From an uncultured Clostridia bacterium (GTDB taxonomy: Bacteria > Bacillota > Clostridia > Oscillospirales > CAG-272), in the NCBI GenBank assembly GCA_946618395.1, contig CAMOLD010000002.1, positions 1-34,374 of the forward strand: DNA of 34,374 bases. The letters are read 5' to 3'. The position numbers and the translations under genes were made by a program. This document shows positions 31,810 to 34,374 of the stretch, in pieces. Within the stretch, counting starts at the first letter, position 1, and each line of letters starts with the position of its first letter. The notes below the pieces were generated by a model that saw only the letters and a list, made by a program, of their open reading frames with translations, had not been told where the DNA came from and did no database searches.

Positions 31810-33021
31810 ATGAACGATCAATTGAAAATTCTTGTCATTTCTCAATATTATTATCCGGAGCCTTTTCGCGTGCACGATATTTGCGAGGAATTGGTGAAGC
31901 GCGGACACGAGGTAACCGTTGTTACCGGCGAGCCGAACTATCCGGAAGGGGTTATTTATCCGGGATACGAGAAGCATCAAAAGGCAAACGAGGTCAAAAA
32001 CGGCGTTGTCATCCATCGTTGCCCCATTCAGCCGCGCAAAACGGGTGCTTTTCATCGCTTTTTGAACTATTATTCCTATTCGCGCATGGCAAAAAAATAC
32101 GTCAAGCGCCTCAAAGCATCGGATGGAAAACCGTTTGACGTTGTTTTCGTCAACCAGTTAAGCCCGGTTATGATGGCGGAGCCTGCCATTACATATCGGA
32201 AGAAATACAAAACCCCGGTTGTGTTGTATTGCCTGGATTTATGGCCGGAAAGCCTGGTCACCGGCGGAATCAAACGGAACTCCACGGTTTATAAAATCTT
32301 CCATGGAGTCTCCAAGCGCATCTATCGGTCGGTAGATCGGATTTTGGTTACCAGCCGGTCTTTCCGGGAGTATTTCCGGGATCAATTCGGAATGGCTGAC
32401 GTTTCCCAAATCGGGTATCTTCCGCAATATGCCGAAAGCCTGTTTGAAAAATTGCCCTACCATCAGCCTGATGAAACCATCAACCTGTTGTTTGCAGGGA
32501 ATATCGGCGCGGCGCAAAGCGTGGATACGATTATTGAAGCCGCAAAGCGCATGCAGGATCAAAACGTCCGGTTTCATATCGTTGGAGGAGGGACCGAGTT
32601 GGAAAACCTGCAAAAAGAGGCAAAGGAACTCCCCAATGTCATCTTTTACGGCCGCCGGCCCGTGGAGGAAATGTCGGAGTTTTACGCCAAAGCCGACGCC
32701 ATGTTGGTAACCTTGGTAAAAGACCCCGTTTTAAGCTACACGCTGCCCGGCAAGGTGCAATCCTATATGGCGGCGCAAAAACCGGTCATCGGAGCCGTTG
32801 ACGGCGAGACCGCAAAAGTGATCCGCGAGGCAAACTGCGGCTATTGCGGCGGCGCGGAGAACGTGGACGAACTGGTGGCAAACATCCAAGCGTTTATCCA
32901 ATGCCAGGAGAAAGAGCAGTTGGGCTTGCATGCGCGCGCCTACTATGAAGCCCATTTTGCCAAGCAGATTTTTATGGATCGTCTCGAATCCTTCTTGCGG
33001 CAAAATTCTTCCAAGCAATAA
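31810..33021 (+). CDS. Family 4 glycosyltransferase (WbuB/WcaI-like)
   Basis: 403 aa. N-terminus KILVISQYYYPEPFRVHDICEELVKRGHEVTVVTGEPNYPEG is typical of Glyco_trans_4-type enzymes. C-terminal GT1 domain (FAGNIGAAQ.., LVTL..LPGKVQSYMAAQKPVIG). Confidence 0.8.
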   Translation: MNDQLKILVISQYYYPEPFRVHDICEELVKRGHEVTVVTGEPNYPEGVIYPGYEKHQKANEVKNGVVIHRCPIQPRKTGAFHRFLNYYSYSRMAKKYVKRLKASDGKPFDVVFVNQLSPVMMAEPAITYRKKYKTPVVLYCLDLWPESLVTGGIKRNSTVYKIFHGVSKRIYRSVDRILVTSRSFREYFRDQFGMADVSQIGYLPQYAESLFEKLPYHQPDETINLLFAGNIGAAQSVDTIIEAAKRMQDQNVRFHIVGGGTELENLQKEAKELPNVIFYGRRPVEEMSEFYAKADAMLVTLVKDPVLSYTLPGKVQSYMAAQKPVIGAVDGETAKVIREANCGYCGGAENVDELVANIQAFIQCQEKEQLGLHARAYYEAHFAKQIFMDRLESFLRQNSSKQ

Positions 33022-33040
33022 TATTATCCAGTCTATTTTC

Positions 33041-33075
33041 AAAAATCTCCCGCGTTCTTTGCGGGAGATTTTTTA
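33041..33075 (+). terminator. Intrinsic terminator after the glycosyltransferase gene
   Basis: AATCTCCCGC / GCGGGAGATT (33044-33070) followed by T-run 33069-33074. Confidence 0.8.
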
Positions 33076-33179
33076 ACTTTGCAAGTCAGAAAACAGGCAG
33101 AATATGCCCAAAAACGCGAGAAAACGGGAGAAAAGCGGGCGCTAAATTAAAATTTGCAAAAAAAGTTTTTCAAAACCCC

Positions 33180-33208
33180 TTGACAAAGGTTTGGGGCTAT
33201 GCTATAAT
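33180..33208 (+). promoter_or_regulatory. sigma-A-type promoter of rplM-rpsI
   Basis: TTGACA (33180-33185), 17-nt spacer, TGc-TATAAT (33200-33208). Confidence 0.7.
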
Positions 33209-33252
33209 AGGCAAGCATGAAAAAGATATACTAATTTTTGGAGGAATTTCAA

Positions 33253-33681
33253 ATGTCCACATTTATGCAGAAAAAAGAAGCTGTGGTCCGCAAGTGGTAC
33301 ATTCTGGATGCAGCCGGAAAGACCCTTGGCGCAACCGCCGTTGCCGCCGCCGATCTTTTGCGCGGCAAGAACGCTCCCGAATTTACCCCCCATGTTGACT
33401 GCGGAAACTTCGTTATCATCGTCAACGCCGAAAAAGCAGTTCTCACCGGCAAAAAGATGGAGCAAAAATACATGATCCACCATTCCGGTTATATCGGCGG
33501 TCTCAAAAAGGTTCAATACAAAACCTTAATGCAGGAAAACCCCGCGCTGGCTATGGAGAAGGCTGTTAAAGGCATGCTTCCCAAAAACTCCCTGGGCGCG
33601 CAGGCGTTCACCCGCTTGAAGGTTTATGCCGGCGAAGCTCATAAGCATGAGGCGCAAAAGCCGGAAGCTTACGAGTTTTAA
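33253..33681 (+). CDS. rplM: 50S ribosomal protein L13
   Basis: MSTFMQKKEAVVRKWYILDAAGKTLG..LRGKNAPEFTPHVDCGNFVIIVNAEK. ATG 33253 has GGAGG 8 nt upstream. Confidence 0.95.
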   Translation: MSTFMQKKEAVVRKWYILDAAGKTLGATAVAAADLLRGKNAPEFTPHVDCGNFVIIVNAEKAVLTGKKMEQKYMIHHSGYIGGLKKVQYKTLMQENPALAMEKAVKGMLPKNSLGAQAFTRLKVYAGEAHKHEAQKPEAYEF

Positions 33682-33706
33682 TTGAGAGAAAGGAAGGAAA
33701 ACACGA

Positions 33707-34108
33707 ATGTATACCAGTGCTAAACCCTATTTCTACGGAACCGGCAGAAGAAAAAAATCCATCGCCCGTGTCCGCATCATTCCGGGAACCGGTGTCATCA
33801 CCATCAACGGAAGAGATATTGACGAATATTTCGGACTGGAAACCCTGAAACTCATCGTCAACCAGCCCTTTGGCGTTACCGAAACCATGGGCAAGTTTGA
33901 CATTATTGCCACCGTTAAAGGCGGCGGAATCTCCGGCCAGGCAGGCGCTGTCCGTCATGGACTTGCACGCGCGCTCCTCGCCGCCGATCCCGAATACAAA
34001 CCGGCCCTTAAAGCCGCAGGACTGCTGACGCGCGATCCTCGTATGAAGGAAAGAAAGAAATACGGCCTCAAAGCCGCACGCCGCGCACCGCAGTTCTCGA
34101 AGAGATAA
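33707..34108 (+). CDS. rpsI: 30S ribosomal protein S9
   Basis: [15 protein letters not shown].., ending ..[38 protein letters not shown]. Confidence 0.96.
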   Translation: MYTSAKPYFYGTGRRKKSIARVRIIPGTGVITINGRDIDEYFGLETLKLIVNQPFGVTETMGKFDIIATVKGGGISGQAGAVRHGLARALLAADPEYKPALKAAGLLTRDPRMKERKKYGLKAARRAPQFSKR

Positions 34109-34374
34109 GAAAAGAAGCCCCCGCATGGGGGCTTTTTTCTTATCCCGGTCGACCTTGGCGGTCAACCGGGCATAGCCCAATTGATTGCCGCTAAAAACGC
34201 CCCACCGGGGCGTTTTCTATACGCGTCAACAGTTCTCGAAGAGATAAGAAAAGAAGCCCCCGCATGGGGGCTTTTTTCTTATCCCGGTCGACCTTGGCGG
34301 TCAACCGGGCATAGCCCAATTGATTGCCGCTAAAAACGCCCCACCGGGGCGTTTTCTATACGCGTCAACAGTTC
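34091..34374. repeat. Perfect 139-bp tandem repeat, 2 full copies plus the start of a third, truncated by the window end
   Basis: 34091-34229 and 34230-34368 are identical base for base by eye. 34369-34374 (CAGTTC) restarts the unit. The unit begins with the last 18 nt of rpsI. Confidence 0.9.
34108..34140 (+). terminator. Intrinsic terminator after rpsI; a second identical copy lies at 34247-34279
   Basis: AGCCCCC-GCAT-GGGGGCT followed by T6. Confidence 0.8.

Overview
This is a core, mostly housekeeping chromosome segment of a moderately GC-rich, apparently spore-forming Firmicute. The Clostridia-like assignment is my inference from gene content, an alpha/beta SASP gene and protein signatures. 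Gene order: tRNA-Ser(GGA) (-), Ca-type P-type ATPase (-), rpoB-rpoC, rpsL-rpsG-fusA-tuf, FMN riboswitch-ribU, a small membrane protein, L-serine dehydratase (-), SAM-I riboswitch-metK-recD2-comFC-pepD, tmk and cysE (-), alaS, an orphan PTS-EIIC-like permease (-), an alpha/beta SASP (-), a secreted LysM+CAP protein, a GT4 glycosyltransferase, and rplM-rpsI. Nine near-consensus sigma-A-type promoters (TTGACA-17-TGnTATAAT style) and about a dozen hairpin terminators can be read directly. I see no CRISPR array, cas genes, transposase or integrase, restriction system, toxin-antitoxin pair or other recognisable defence or mobile module. I therefore do not claim a new protein-based system here. Two things are not explained by ordinary annotation. 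(i) A ~210-bp intergenic element (173-385) has four GTGATG-type and four CATCAC hexamers interleaved with eight unrelated perfect hairpins, and it can fold as a ladder of stacked four-way junctions. (ii) A base-perfect 139-bp tandem duplication starts inside the 3' end of rpsI and runs off the window end (34091-34374). The very long antisense ORFs in the ORF track (up to 1188 aa opposite rpoC) all lie in the codon-aligned antisense frame. They are best explained by near-absence of TTA/CTA/TCA codons, not by real genes.
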